From an uncultured cyanobacterium (GTDB lineage: Bacteria > Cyanobacteriota > Cyanobacteriia > Phormidesmidales > Phormidesmidaceae): a DNA stretch of 64,000 nucleotides. The notes beneath the pieces are model-generated. The model had not been told where the DNA came from. It did no database searches and saw only the letters and a list, made by a program, of their open reading frames with translations. Both the position numbers and the translations under genes were made by a program. Location: contig CAWBZI010000004.1 in NCBI GenBank assembly GCA_963793265.1, positions 352,001 through 416,000 of the forward strand, read 5' to 3'. This document shows positions 49,501 through 59,813 of the stretch, one piece after another; position 1 is the first letter of the stretch, and every line of letters starts with the position of its first letter.

Positions 49501-50917
49501 CCGGATCGCTGCGATAGGTAAGCGTAGATAAGGCAGCATTAATTTCCGCTTGAGTACCCTCTAAAGCAAAGTCGCGAGAGTTGTTTTCGCCATACATAAT
49601 AGTCGCTCCTCCCGATAGTTTGACCCCAATGGTGCCAAACTGAACTGAGAGGTGAGTGCGCGCTAAGTTGCCGTCAAGATCCCTAACGCTAATACCTTCA
49701 ATGGCAACTTCAGTGTCGTTTTTCACCTTTAGCGGCGAACTCAAAACGAGATCGTCAAATGCAATAGAGTCAGCAACAAACTCAAGCTCTCTTATCTCTG
49801 TAAATCCGTCGAGCGTCACTCGCTCTTTTTCAAATGCTCCAGACGTTGTGTAGAACTGAGAGACTGTGCCACCGTCAGCGAGCCTACCTATAAATTCTAT
49901 TGTTTGAGGGCCAGCAGCCTCGTCTATTTCTGAGATAACAATAGACGAGGCGTCAAATCTATTATTATCCATCGCTTTCACATGTACGCGAGAAAACGTA
50001 CTGCCGACGGCCACCATATCTAGCTCAAATGGCCTGATAAAATCACGTCCGCCTGCCTGTACGAGGAAGCCATCTTCCGCGTACATGTCGGTGCCGATAG
50101 CATTATCAAAGTCAATCAGCGTTGATGTAGGCAGCGTATTTGCGGGTGCGCGCTCGGTTAGGTAAGACACATCGATGAAAAGCTCGTCTGTATTGGTGGC
50201 TGGTACGCCCGTGCTATCTGTAGAGAAAATAGCGAGCTTGTCTGTACCCAAAAAGTTCGGGTCACTGCGATAGGTAAGCGTAGATAACGCCGCGTTGATC
50301 TCGTTCTGTGTGCCCCCCAAAGCGAAGCCGCGGGAGTTGTTTTCACCATTGAGAATTGTCGCGCCTCCTGATAGATCTACCTTGATTGTGCCGAACATCA
50401 CTGAGAGTTCAGTGCGTTCTAGATCGCCGTCCGCATCGTTGACGCTGATGCCTTCGATTGGAGTTTCGGTATCGTCCTTTGTTTTCAACGGTGCCATTAA
50501 AACAAGATCGTCAAACGAGGCAAAATCGGTTGTAAATCTAAGATCTGTTAGGTCTGTAAAGCCTTCTAGAGTCACCAGTTCTTTTTCAAAACTGCCAGTC
50601 GTTGTATAGCTTTGAGAGACAATGCCACCGTCAGCGAGCGTGCCTATAAATTCCAGCATACGGGGGGTAGAAGCGCCATCTATGTTTGCAACTTGAATAG
50701 AAGAGGCGTCAAAGCTGTTGCCATCCATTGCCCTGACATACACCTGAGAGTCCCAAGAATGGGTGCCTACCATGTCGAGGTCGGATGATCTGCTGAACGG
50801 GCTCGAATTTGTTGTGAATAGGAAGCCGTCTTCTGCGTATTCGTATGTGCCAATAGCGTTATCAAAGTCGATTAGGGTAGCGTCAGAAGGCAGTGTATTG
50901 ACAGGATCGTTGGACAT
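46511..50917 (-). CDS. Giant repetitive surface protein: four ~255-aa Ig-like repeats, cadherin domain, RTX Ca-binding repeats, C-terminal bluetail-like domain
   Basis: P(V/A)NTLP...INAAL.TLTY repeats; VNDAP...LDYETQQEY.L...VSDG cadherin; GxxGND nonapeptides; C-terminal FDVITD...RTFLAIND...DGLIEITG. Confidence 0.88.
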   Translation of the reverse strand: MSNDPVNTLPSDATLIDFDNAIGTYEYAEDGFLFTTNSSPFSRSSDLDMVGTHSWDSQVYVRAMDGNSFDASSIQVANIDGASTPRMLEFIGTLADGGIVSQSYTTTGSFEKELVTLEGFTDLTDLRFTTDFASFDDLVLMAPLKTKDDTETPIEGISVNDADGDLERTELSVMFGTIKVDLSGGATILNGENNSRGFALGGTQNEINAALSTLTYRSDPNFLGTDKLAIFSTDSTGVPATNTDELFIDVSYLTERAPANTLPTSTLIDFDNAIGTDMYAEDGFLVQAGGRDFIRPFELDMVAVGSTFSRVHVKAMDNNRFDASSIVISEIDEAAGPQTIEFIGRLADGGTVSQFYTTSGAFEKERVTLDGFTEIRELEFVADSIAFDDLVLSSPLKVKNDTEVAIEGISVRDLDGNLARTHLSVQFGTIGVKLSGGATIMYGENNSRDFALEGTQAEINAALSTLTYRSDPGFLGTERLTVFSEDSSESRFIDTDERFIDVSYLTETAPVNTLPSTATLIDFSNAIGTNVYAENGFLFETNWNGFVRASAFNMVSTDSTYSNVRVSAMDGSSFDAASIFVSELDAYSWPRTMEFRGIRANGDIVSQTYTTTENNTAPGNYTTPENFEKELVTLNGFTDLRELEFTTDSTAFDDLVLVAPLKVKENAEAVIEGISVSDIDGDLERTELSVQHGTLGVDLSGGATIIDGENNSRGFALGGSQSEINAALATLTYRSDLGFEGTERLIIASTDSSGLQLTDTDELLIDVSRFVDTAPVNTLPSNPTLISFSGASDGYIYEESGFYFETRWGSFSESPAFNMVSNTQPYEPSVVYVEAIDGSSFDAASIYVSEDYEDVDSQTLTFTGMFADGSRITQSYTTSRAFEKELVVLDGFTNLSSLEFTSRYTSFDDLVLFKPLTVEEDTELLLEGIGVSDADGDLEGTEIWVENGTLSVDLVGDTFLYHGENNTSSMVLGGSQDAINETLATLTYQGNPEFSGTDTLTIISSSYNGSAPPLIDTDQVLIKVVAVNDAPEIYDYQTFEIAEDSLNGTVIGLAYAEDAEYDNLQAWEIIGGSGQSVFSIDAATGAIALTNETLLDYETQQEYRLDLIVSDGEDTSAVRSVNINVTDVPEAPNFNTIEGTASNDILKGKGQADLIIGREGNDVLRGNFGDDYLEGSEGNDRFFGGQGADVIDGGEGKDMASYASSSEGVSITLEDGFAVGSGGEAQGDRLISIERLTGSNFDDTLIGDEHNNMLIGLSGNDFIDGAGGVDAVNYSRAAGGVVVDLANGFAFDSQGSNDTLVSIEKVLGSQFDDGLYGNDARNILIGFEGDDTIDGRKGNDVLDGRGGADTMTGGIGSDTFRITELTDSQLTGFDVITDLYIGKDRLDTQNALSAEEISQLGEVSDLTEFDLQALLTETAFAADEAATFTLGQRTFLAINDSQDGYLASQDGLIEITGFRGDLAALTTV

Positions 50918-51173
50918 AAATTTAAACGGTGAACGTTTTCGTATATGTCAAAAGTGCCCAGTTTGTTGCCTGCCAAAAGCGCTGAATGACGCGTTTTTGC
51001 AAAGCTATCGTGGTGATTTGTACCCGTTAGAAGATATTACTTATGCGGAGATTACGCGATCGCATTCCCCACTCTATTGTTCCTTAATGCCTTCTCTTTC
51101 GTTCCATAACAAATCTAGCTGTGCCCTCAACAGAACATAGCTAGACAGCTTCAAACAAATTTGAGATAGTTGC

Positions 51174-51626
51174 TTAAGCGTTATTGAGCTTGTCCATTTG
51201 CCAGGTTGTAAGCGTGCCGATGGGGCTCCAGGCAAAATAGGGTAGCAGCAGCACCGCTGCCCACCCCGAGATTCTTAAAACGCTAAAGGTCAGCAGCAAA
51301 CAAACAACAAAGCCTGCACCGCCTATAAATGATGCGAGCTTGAGAGAGTGCGTCCAAAACAACAGTGGCGTAAACGCAATCGTTACCAGCTCTAACACAA
51401 TGTATGCCGCCATCCAGCCCCAAGACTGAGTTTGTTCCCACACGATGTAGGCCGACCAGGCTCCACAGATGAAAACAACCGTCCAAATGACGGGGATGAG
51501 CTTTTCAAAGGTGAGCCAGTCGGGGCGCTCTAGCCTGCGGAACCACTTTACGTCTTTGGGTCTGATGATGTTTGAAAGGAGGGCGATCGCAAACGTGACA
51601 ATCCCAATGACCAACCAAGATTTCAT
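51174..51626 (-). CDS. TspO/MBR family tryptophan-rich sensory protein
   Basis: WF..L.RPDW, IPVIWT, LLLPYFAW; about 5 TM. Confidence 0.88.
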   Translation of the reverse strand: MKSWLVIGIVTFAIALLSNIIRPKDVKWFRRLERPDWLTFEKLIPVIWTVVFICGAWSAYIVWEQTQSWGWMAAYIVLELVTIAFTPLLFWTHSLKLASFIGGAGFVVCLLLTFSVLRISGWAAVLLLPYFAWSPIGTLTTWQMDKLNNA

Positions 51627-51643
51627 AATTCAACCTGCCAAAA

Positions 51644-52450
51644 TTAACCTGTCCAAGGCGTACGGAAAGAAGGAAACAGCGTCAGGCCGCCGTCAATAAA
51701 GAGCGTTTGCCCGGTGATATAGGCCGCATCATCGCTGGCTAAAAAAGCCGCGACTGCCGCCATTTCTTCTGCTGTGCCCGAGCGCCCCATAGGAATATGG
51801 CTTTCAATATCGGCCTTGCGCTCCGGGTCATCTTTCCAAGGATTGATCGGTGTGAGCGTAGCACCAGGGGCAAAAGAGTTAATTCTAATATTGTCGCGAG
51901 CATATTCTAGGGCCAGGGTACGGGTCATTCCCCGCATCCCAGATTTACTCATGGTGTAGCCCACGTACTGAGGCCGCGGAATCAGCTCGTGAACGCTCGA
52001 GTCGTTCACAATCACGCCGCCGCCGCTGTCTAAAAAGTGCTTAATCGCCTTGCGCGCACACAAGAACGCACCGCGCATGTTGATATCGATCATTTTGTCG
52101 AACTGATCGAGCGGGATTTCATGAGAAGCGCCTTGAATTTGCATTCCAGCATTGTTGATCAAAATGTCAAGTCCACCAAAGGTAGAAATTACCTTTTCAA
52201 ACATGGCGGTAACGTCTTCTTCTTTGGATACGTCAGCCTGTACGGTCATATCCTTAAGCCTGCCGGGCTCAACACCTGCTTCCTTGCTGGCCGCGTGCAT
52301 TTGTTCGATAGTGGCGTCGGCTTCTTCTTCGCCTTTGTAGTAGTTCACCGCGACATGGGCCCCTTCTTGCGCAAATCGGATTGCGATCGCCTGCCCAATC
52401 CCGCTACTTGCCCCAGTCACCAGCACGTTTTTACCTTTCAGCCCACGCAT
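51644..52450 (-). CDS. Glucose 1-dehydrogenase-like SDR
   Basis: VTGASSGIG, NNAGMQ, SSVHE.IP.P, Y..SK, TLALEYA, ITGQTLFIDGG. Confidence 0.88.
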   Translation of the reverse strand: MRGLKGKNVLVTGASSGIGQAIAIRFAQEGAHVAVNYYKGEEEADATIEQMHAASKEAGVEPGRLKDMTVQADVSKEEDVTAMFEKVISTFGGLDILINNAGMQIQGASHEIPLDQFDKMIDINMRGAFLCARKAIKHFLDSGGGVIVNDSSVHELIPRPQYVGYTMSKSGMRGMTRTLALEYARDNIRINSFAPGATLTPINPWKDDPERKADIESHIPMGRSGTAEEMAAVAAFLASDDAAYITGQTLFIDGGLTLFPSFRTPWTG

Positions 52451-52848
52451 ACAGAGTCCTAACTAAACCAACAATCAAACAAAGGAATTTATAGCAGTAT
52501 AGGGGCTTACTTCGCTACTTTGCGTGTAGCAGGCTATTAAGTTTTTGTCGCATAGCTCCATAACAAAATAGAGGGACTCGCCCTAGACGTAATCCTTAAG
52601 GTACAAACGTCTTCTTTAAAAGGGAGCTTTGCTTATGTCTCTTTGTAGAGGTATGCAAAACCGGGTCGATGTAAATTGTTAACGAATGCAACACCTGCCT
52701 CTTGAGCGTCTGCGCTTGAATGCTTATTTTCCCTCACGAAAATAGCCTTTTTCCCCAGCGCTTTTGTGTAGGTGAGATGCACTTGCTACTGAAAGCTTGC
52801 TAAAAGCTTTGTGGTAAGAAGGTTGTTTTAGAGACTTTACTATACGCG

Positions 52849-53091
52849 ATGGAAAATACAGACACTCAAGCGAAGCAAGCTGCATTGGACAATAAAAGCG
52901 CCTATGCAGGCAACGTGATGCCCGAGTCGGAAATAGGCGTCGATCAGATGGGCGAGCGTGCTGGTCTAGATCCTGAGCCTGAAGCCCCTCTGGCTGTTGA
53001 AGAAACGCTTGAGGAGCGCGATCGCAATCGGTACGAATTAGACCCCGATTCAGCGGCTGACCATTCCTCGCTCAATCAACCTGCATCTTAG
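52849..53091 (+). CDS. Small acidic protein of unknown function
   Basis: 80 aa; ERAGL....E.PLAV.E.LEERDRNRYELDPDSA resembles the end of cyanobacterial acidic stress proteins (DUF6335-like, unverified). Confidence 0.65.
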   Translation: MENTDTQAKQAALDNKSAYAGNVMPESEIGVDQMGERAGLDPEPEAPLAVEETLEERDRNRYELDPDSAADHSSLNQPAS

Positions 53092-53174
53092 TCGCAGGCG
53101 TACTTTATACAGCGCCTGCACCTGTCGCATAACGACACAGCCCAACCACTCAAAAAGAGGACTATTTAAAAACT

Positions 53175-53714
53175 ATGGCAGAAACAAGCGGAACAGCCTT
53201 TGAAAAGGCAAAAGACGGCGCAGATACGGTCATTGAAAAGGCTAAAGATGCTGAGCATGGCGCGCTAGATGCTCTGAAAGACGCGCAGCAGACTATTGGT
53301 AAGGCAACGCCTGTTCCTACCGAGTTCAAAGAATTCTCTACGCCTTCAGAGGTTAACGACCGCCTGAAGTGGGGTGAGCCTGCGCTGACGATTTTGGACG
53401 TGCGTGATCGCGAATCATTTAACGATGAGCGCATCATGGGTGCGGTCTACCTGCCTAAAGACGACTTCATCAGCATGGCAAAGCAGTCCATGGCCCCTGA
53501 GCGCAGCATCTATGTTTACGGTGCTGACGATTCAGAAGCTCAATCTGCTGCGGCTGAGCTAAGTGGCGCTGGCTACAAAAAAGTCAGCATCCTAAAAGGT
53601 GGCCTAGCTGCCTGGAAAGCGATTAACGGCGCAACTGAAGGAAGAACTCAGGAGCCTGGCCTGCTCGACAAAGGCAAAGGCGCTACTTTGATTAACCAGA
53701 ACTCGACGCCCTAG
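53175..53714 (+). CDS. Rhodanese-like domain protein with LEA-like N-terminus
   Basis: LKWGEPALTILDVR...RIMGA...LKGGLAAWK; EKAKD repeats at the N-terminus. Confidence 0.88.
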   Translation: MAETSGTAFEKAKDGADTVIEKAKDAEHGALDALKDAQQTIGKATPVPTEFKEFSTPSEVNDRLKWGEPALTILDVRDRESFNDERIMGAVYLPKDDFISMAKQSMAPERSIYVYGADDSEAQSAAAELSGAGYKKVSILKGGLAAWKAINGATEGRTQEPGLLDKGKGATLINQNSTP

Positions 53715-53748
53715 TCAATTAAGGCATTAGCTGCTCTAGCTGACTATG

Positions 53749-53797
53749 AACCCCCTAGCACTCTCATAATGAGGCCATGTGCTAGGGGGTTTATTAT
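53749..53797 (+). terminator. Intrinsic terminator after the rhodanese gene
   Basis: AACCCCCTAGCAC...GTGCTAGGGGGTT followed by TATTATT. Confidence 0.7.
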
Positions 53798-53814
53798 TTA
53801 CTGGTTTTCAAAAG

Positions 53815-53830
53815 GATCGGTTATCGCGAC
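53815..53830 (+). promoter_or_regulatory. Probable K-box upstream of groEL2
   Basis: GATCGG-TTAT-CGCGAC vs consensus GTTCGG-NNAN-CCNNAC (2 mismatches), 40 bp upstream of CIRCE. Confidence 0.5.
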
Positions 53831-53870
53831 TTTTACATCAGCAGATGTCCATATAAATTGATATTTATTG

Positions 53871-53897
53871 TTAGCACTCCATAGCAGAGAGTGCTAA
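53871..53897 (+). promoter_or_regulatory. CIRCE element (HrcA operator)
   Basis: Perfect TTAGCACTC-N9-GAGTGCTAA. Confidence 0.97.
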
Positions 53898-55610
<1,713 letters not shown>

Positions 55611-55666
55611 CCCACTGCTTGAGCCCTTTCGCTCTTGCTTAACGACCTGATCTTATAGATCGAAAG

Positions 55667-55702
55667 AAAGGAGCGTGGCTGTAATGGCTGTGCTCCTTTT
55701 TT
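55667..55702 (+). terminator. groEL2 intrinsic terminator
   Basis: AAAGGAGC...GCTCCTTTTTT. Confidence 0.8.
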
Positions 55703-55796
55703 GATGCTCCAAACACTAGAAGCATCCGCAGGAGGGATGAATTACAGCAGCTCTGGCGCTATGCTAAGTAATGTAAAGTTAACTCGGTGGCTAGTT

Positions 55797-55916
55797 ATGA
55801 GCGAATCTGATAAGAACAAATACTCTTGGAAAGGCAGTTGGGATGCGGGCACCGCTCTTATGGTTTTAGTGGGTGTGCTCACTGTCGTGCTGTTTGCCTC
55901 TGGTTTTGTGTATTGA
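55797..55916 (+). CDS. Putative 39-aa single-TM small protein
   Basis: MSESDKNKYSWKGSWDAGTALMVLVGVLTVVLFASGFVY; fills the gap after the groEL terminator. Confidence 0.5.
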   Translation: MSESDKNKYSWKGSWDAGTALMVLVGVLTVVLFASGFVY

Positions 55917-55998
55917 TAGCGCTTACCAGTAGGTTGCATTGAGCAGGCGAAAAGCCTATTCTGCAAAAGGAATTTCGCCTGTTTGCAACACGTATCGA

Positions 55999-56403
55999 AT
56001 GCGCTTACCTGAAGACCCAGATATTCAAAAAAATAGCGTTAATATTCTGCCAATGATCGACGTAATTTTTGCGATCTTGGCATTTTTTATACTCTCTACG
56101 CTCTACCTTACTAAGGCGGAAGGACTGCCTGTAAGTTTGCCGCAGGCCGTGACGGCGACGCCTCAAAATCAGATAGATGTCACGCTGACGATTGCGGCAA
56201 ATGGTGATTTGTTTTTGGGCGATCGCGCCATCCCCCTATCAGATTTAGCCAACGAAGTCACCGACTTATCAACCCCCAATCAACCAATTGTCGTAACTAT
56301 CCGCGCTGATGAAGCGACCCCTCACGGGCAAGTCGTGGCTGCCATGGATCAACTTCGCAAAGTTGAAGACGTAAAACTAGGCATCGCAACGACTCAGCCA
56401 TAA
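55999..56403 (+). CDS. exbD: ExbD/TolR family protein
   Basis: NILPMIDVIFAILAFFI, V.LP.A, IRADE..PHGQVV..MD. Confidence 0.88.
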   Translation: MRLPEDPDIQKNSVNILPMIDVIFAILAFFILSTLYLTKAEGLPVSLPQAVTATPQNQIDVTLTIAANGDLFLGDRAIPLSDLANEVTDLSTPNQPIVVTIRADEATPHGQVVAAMDQLRKVEDVKLGIATTQP

Positions 56404-56512
56404 TCTAGCCACGATTGGAAGTTGAATAAGCTGTAGCAAGCGACTCCCCATATCCACGATACAATTGCCAAAAGCTCCTGTAGAGTCAGTCAATCTACAC
56501 AAAACAAGCGCA

Positions 56513-57070
56513 ATGGTTCAAGCTCCGCCTTTAACACTGCATGATTTTTTACAATTAGCAGAAACCCAGCCTGCGCACGAATACATCAACCATAGGGTTA
56601 GCCAAAAGCCAATGCCGCAAGGTGAACACAGCTTACTTCAGGTTGCTCTGTGCAAAGCGATTGACTTAGCCGCAGAGCCCCAGCGGATTGCTAAAGCGTT
56701 TTCTGAACTACGCTGTGTCTTTGGAGGCGCTGTGCTCGTCCCTGACGTATCTGTCTTTCGCTGGCAGCGTATTCCCCGCAAACTTAATGGTCGGATTGCC
56801 AATCGGTTTGAGAGCTATCCAGACTGGGCTATTGAAATTTTATCGCCCGACCAAGCCCAGACAAGACCTTTAGAAAAGTTGTTGCACTGTGCTGAACACG
56901 GTACAGAGTTGGGATGGCTAGTAGACCCAAGCGCTGATACTATACTGACGCTCTCCTCAGAGTCGCAGCTAAAGCTGTACAGAGGCAGTGAACCATTACC
57001 CGTTTTATCTAGCGTGGCACTAGAGCTATCTGCAAATGATGTGTTTGGCTGGCTGAGCTTACCTGAATAA
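56513..57070 (+). CDS. Uma2 family endonuclease-domain protein
   Basis: KPMPQGEHS, ELRC.FGG...VPD, PDWAIEILSP, GWLVDP. Confidence 0.9.
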   Translation: MVQAPPLTLHDFLQLAETQPAHEYINHRVSQKPMPQGEHSLLQVALCKAIDLAAEPQRIAKAFSELRCVFGGAVLVPDVSVFRWQRIPRKLNGRIANRFESYPDWAIEILSPDQAQTRPLEKLLHCAEHGTELGWLVDPSADTILTLSSESQLKLYRGSEPLPVLSSVALELSANDVFGWLSLPE

Positions 57071-57086
57071 AGTCTGTGAAACTGTC

Positions 57087-58094
57087 ATGACGCTGATAAA
57101 CCAAATTCAACAGGGTGAGAGCAAGATGCTAGAGCTAAAGAAGCAGCTCCCTCAGCGCGATCAGATTGCAAAGACGGTGGTGGCGTTTGCTAATATCAGC
57201 AGGTAAAAATGACGGGACCTATCTGCGGGTAGGGGCGACTAATCGTAAGGCAGATTTTGAGCATATTCTAGAGCTGGAACGACAGAAGCGAAATCAAAGC
57301 TTCGATGAGGAGATTTGCCGGGAGCAGGCGCTGGGTGATCTGGATTTGACGCCGTTAGAGGCGCGATTTGCAGCGCAGGGGAAGCCGCTGACCGAAGAGA
57401 AGCTAAAGAATTTGAAGCTGATTGCGCTGGAACAGGGGACGCTGTGGCCGACTCAGGGGCTAATGGTGTTGCTGGGGGCTTTGCCTCATGTGGTGGTGAA
57501 GTGTACGCGGTTTAAGGGGACGGATATGAGTGCCTTTTTGGATTAGTGCATCGGGACTATACGAATCAGGGCCGCGATATTAAGGTAGGCGTGTATGACG
57601 ATGTGGTGAATGTGGTGTCGCCGGGAGGGTTGCCGAGCACGTTGACGGCTGAGACGCTTTTGGATGGGCGTTCGGAGATTCGGAATCGGGTAATCGCGCG
57701 GGTGTTTAAGGAATTGGGATATATCGAGCAGTGGGGTAGTGGGATTCAGCGGATTCGAGCGGCTTGTTTGGATTGGGGATTGGCGGAGCCGAGGATTCGG
57801 GAGAAGGGAGATTTTGTGGATGTGGAGTTTTATCGGCCTGGGGTTGAAGCTAGTAAGACTGACGTAGAAAGTATCGGAAGAGTATCGGAAAGTATCGGAA
57901 AAGTATCGGAAAATGAGCAGCGGATTTTGGCTTATTTGGAGGCGCAGCAGATGGTTATTTCTAAAGTTGTTGAAAGTTTAGTAGGTGTGAAGGAGGCAAG
58001 GGCGAGACGAATATTGAAAGAAATGGTGAGTAAAGGATTGATTGAAAAACGTGGTAGTGGACGAAGTACTCACTACGTAATAGCTAGAACCTAG
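57087..58094 (+). pseudogene. Disrupted AlbA_2/Schlafen-like, HATPase_c_4 and HTH protein
   Basis: Fragment 1 MTLINQIQQGESKMLELK...KTVVAFANISR* (57087-57206); fragment 2 YLRVGATNR...RFKG* in another frame; fragment 3 HRDY...SPGGLP...RNRVIA...IEQWGSG...GSGRST. Confidence 0.8.
57870..57911 (+). repeat. Four AGTATCGGAA units (21-bp period) in the linker before the HTH
   Basis: Units at 57870, 57881, 57891 and 57902; encode ESIGRVS-ESIGKVS. Confidence 0.8.
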
Positions 58095-58159
58095 ATGGAT
58101 AAGCGATTGTGCCTACGAACATCAATCCGAGCAGTATCCCAGCAATATTAGCCAAAGCT

Positions 58160-59095
58160 TTAGCCATTCTCTTTTTCTGCCCCGCTGAGTTTGATGCTAG
58201 TGTCATACAGCTCTTGTTGCCAATCTTTACGGTGTGAGTCAGCAGATGTTTGAGTTAAGCGTAGTTCATAGTCAAAGTGTTGTCCGGTGTGTGTGTCAAT
58301 GAATGGTCTTGTCAGCAATTGAGCAAGCGCCCTAGCTGACCCTTGAGAGCGACTGACGCCTGGAATGAACCAACTTAGGAGTGGCAATACGTAGTTCCAG
58401 GCAAAGCGTTCAATACTATCGCGATCACGAGCCAGCTTTGTTCCTGGCATCAGGCCCGGATCAAAAGCGGTAAATCTTGCTTGGTGTGCTGGCACACGAC
58501 GCGCCATTTCGTAAGTAAAGAGGATTAGGCAAAGCTTAGAGGTTGCGTAGCGATCTAGGCACTGTTGTTTATCGCTAACTGACTCATCTAAAATGCCTTG
58601 GGCAATTGCCTCAACGCCAGGAAATAGTCCACCTCGAAAGCCAAATTTCCCAGAGATAAAGTCTTGAGGATCGTGGGTACCACTAGCAGTAGAAACGACT
58701 ACCGCATTCTTGGCTAGCACTGGTAGAAGTAGATGGACGAGTAAGAAGTGGCCTAAGTAGTTGCTGACAAAGGTACGCTCATAACCTTCTTTTGTTCTTT
58801 CCAACCCTGTCGTAATTTGAATGCCAGCATTTAATCCAACTGATGTAAGGCGTTGATTCCTAAGTAGCGCTTTCACTGCTGATACAAAATGGCGTACTGA
58901 GTCTAGTGAGGCTAGATCAAGCGGTAAAACCCTTATTCTATTGTTATGAGCTACTGCTTCTAACTGTCGAGCTTTTTCAGGATTACGAGCACCGATGATG
59001 ATTTTAGTATTAGGCTGCTTGCTAAGTTGTGTTATGGTGTCAAGCCCAAGTCCTGACGTAGCACCTGTCATCAATATAGTTTGTAGGTCAGTCAT
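58160..59095 (-). CDS. SDR oxidoreductase (retinol dehydrogenase / POR-like)
   Basis: MTGATSGLG, LDLASL.SV, NYLGHFLL, YATSK, DPGLMPGT. Confidence 0.88.
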   Translation of the reverse strand: MTDLQTILMTGATSGLGLDTITQLSKQPNTKIIIGARNPEKARQLEAVAHNNRIRVLPLDLASLDSVRHFVSAVKALLRNQRLTSVGLNAGIQITTGLERTKEGYERTFVSNYLGHFLLVHLLLPVLAKNAVVVSTASGTHDPQDFISGKFGFRGGLFPGVEAIAQGILDESVSDKQQCLDRYATSKLCLILFTYEMARRVPAHQARFTAFDPGLMPGTKLARDRDSIERFAWNYVLPLLSWFIPGVSRSQGSARALAQLLTRPFIDTHTGQHFDYELRLTQTSADSHRKDWQQELYDTSIKLSGAEKENG

Positions 59096-59128
59096 ACAGT
59101 AATTTTGGAAGGTTTTTGTATCAACCTG

Positions 59129-59160
59129 ACTGTAAACTATAGACTATACTCCAAGGTCAA
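59129..59160 (-). promoter_or_regulatory. MerR-type promoter/operator for the SDR gene
   Basis: -35 TTGACC, 20-bp spacer with imperfect dyad (TTGGAGTATAGTCTATAGTT), -10 TACAGT. Confidence 0.75.
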
Positions 59161-59170
59161 GAGGCTACCC

Positions 59171-59515
59171 GTGAAAATTAGCGTACTCTCTAAAAAGTCG
59201 GGACTAACAACCGATACCATTCGGTTTTATGAGAAGAAAGGACTCATTGATGCTGATTTTATTTCTCGACAGACGAATAACTATAGGGACTATTCTGAAA
59301 AGGTTTTAGAACGCCTAAAGCTAATCCAGCAAGCAAAGCGTTTGGGCTTTACACTAGCTGAGATTCAGCAATGGATTAGGCATTTTGAAAGTGAACAATT
59401 GAGCATTTTAGAAAGGCAGTGTATTTTGAAAGGCAAACTTGAAGAGATTGACCTGAGAATAGAAGAGCTGAAACAAATGAAGATGTATCTGTCTATGAAG
59501 ATCGAGAACCTGTAG
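59171..59515 (+). CDS. MerR family transcriptional regulator
   Basis: GTG start; KIS.LSKKSGL..DTIRFYEKKGL, NNYRDY, AKRLGFTLAEI. Confidence 0.92.
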   Translation: MKISVLSKKSGLTTDTIRFYEKKGLIDADFISRQTNNYRDYSEKVLERLKLIQQAKRLGFTLAEIQQWIRHFESEQLSILERQCILKGKLEEIDLRIEELKQMKMYLSMKIENL

Positions 59516-59813
59516 TTGTTCCCCTTGTTCTGTTTTTGAGACTATTCAAGATTTAATCGTTGATTTGTCTGCGTCAACCAGTGCGATCACCTCCCTTCAC
59601 ATATCCCAATCCGTTTCTATCCCGTCATCCTCTACTATCTCCACCATACGGTATCCCGGCTCTACATAGCTTCCGCCGCCTGTCAGGGTTTTTCCCATCT
59701 TCAAAGCTCACCTCTAGCTGATAGCTGCCTTCGCTCTTTAGGTCGTCAATGGTCAAGGTTTCGCGATCGCCCACCGCAATCCCCATCGCCGTCGGTGATA
59801 GCAAGGCGATCAC

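Noticed and set aside
53755..53786. Second CIRCE-like sequence (CTAGCACTC...GTGCTAG)
   Set aside because: Spacing is not N9, and the arms extend into a GC-rich stem with a T-rich tail, so it is better explained as the rhodanese terminator.
59625..59813. 62-aa ORF directly after tamB
   Set aside because: GTG start, no recognisable motif or RBS; cannot be supported as a gene.
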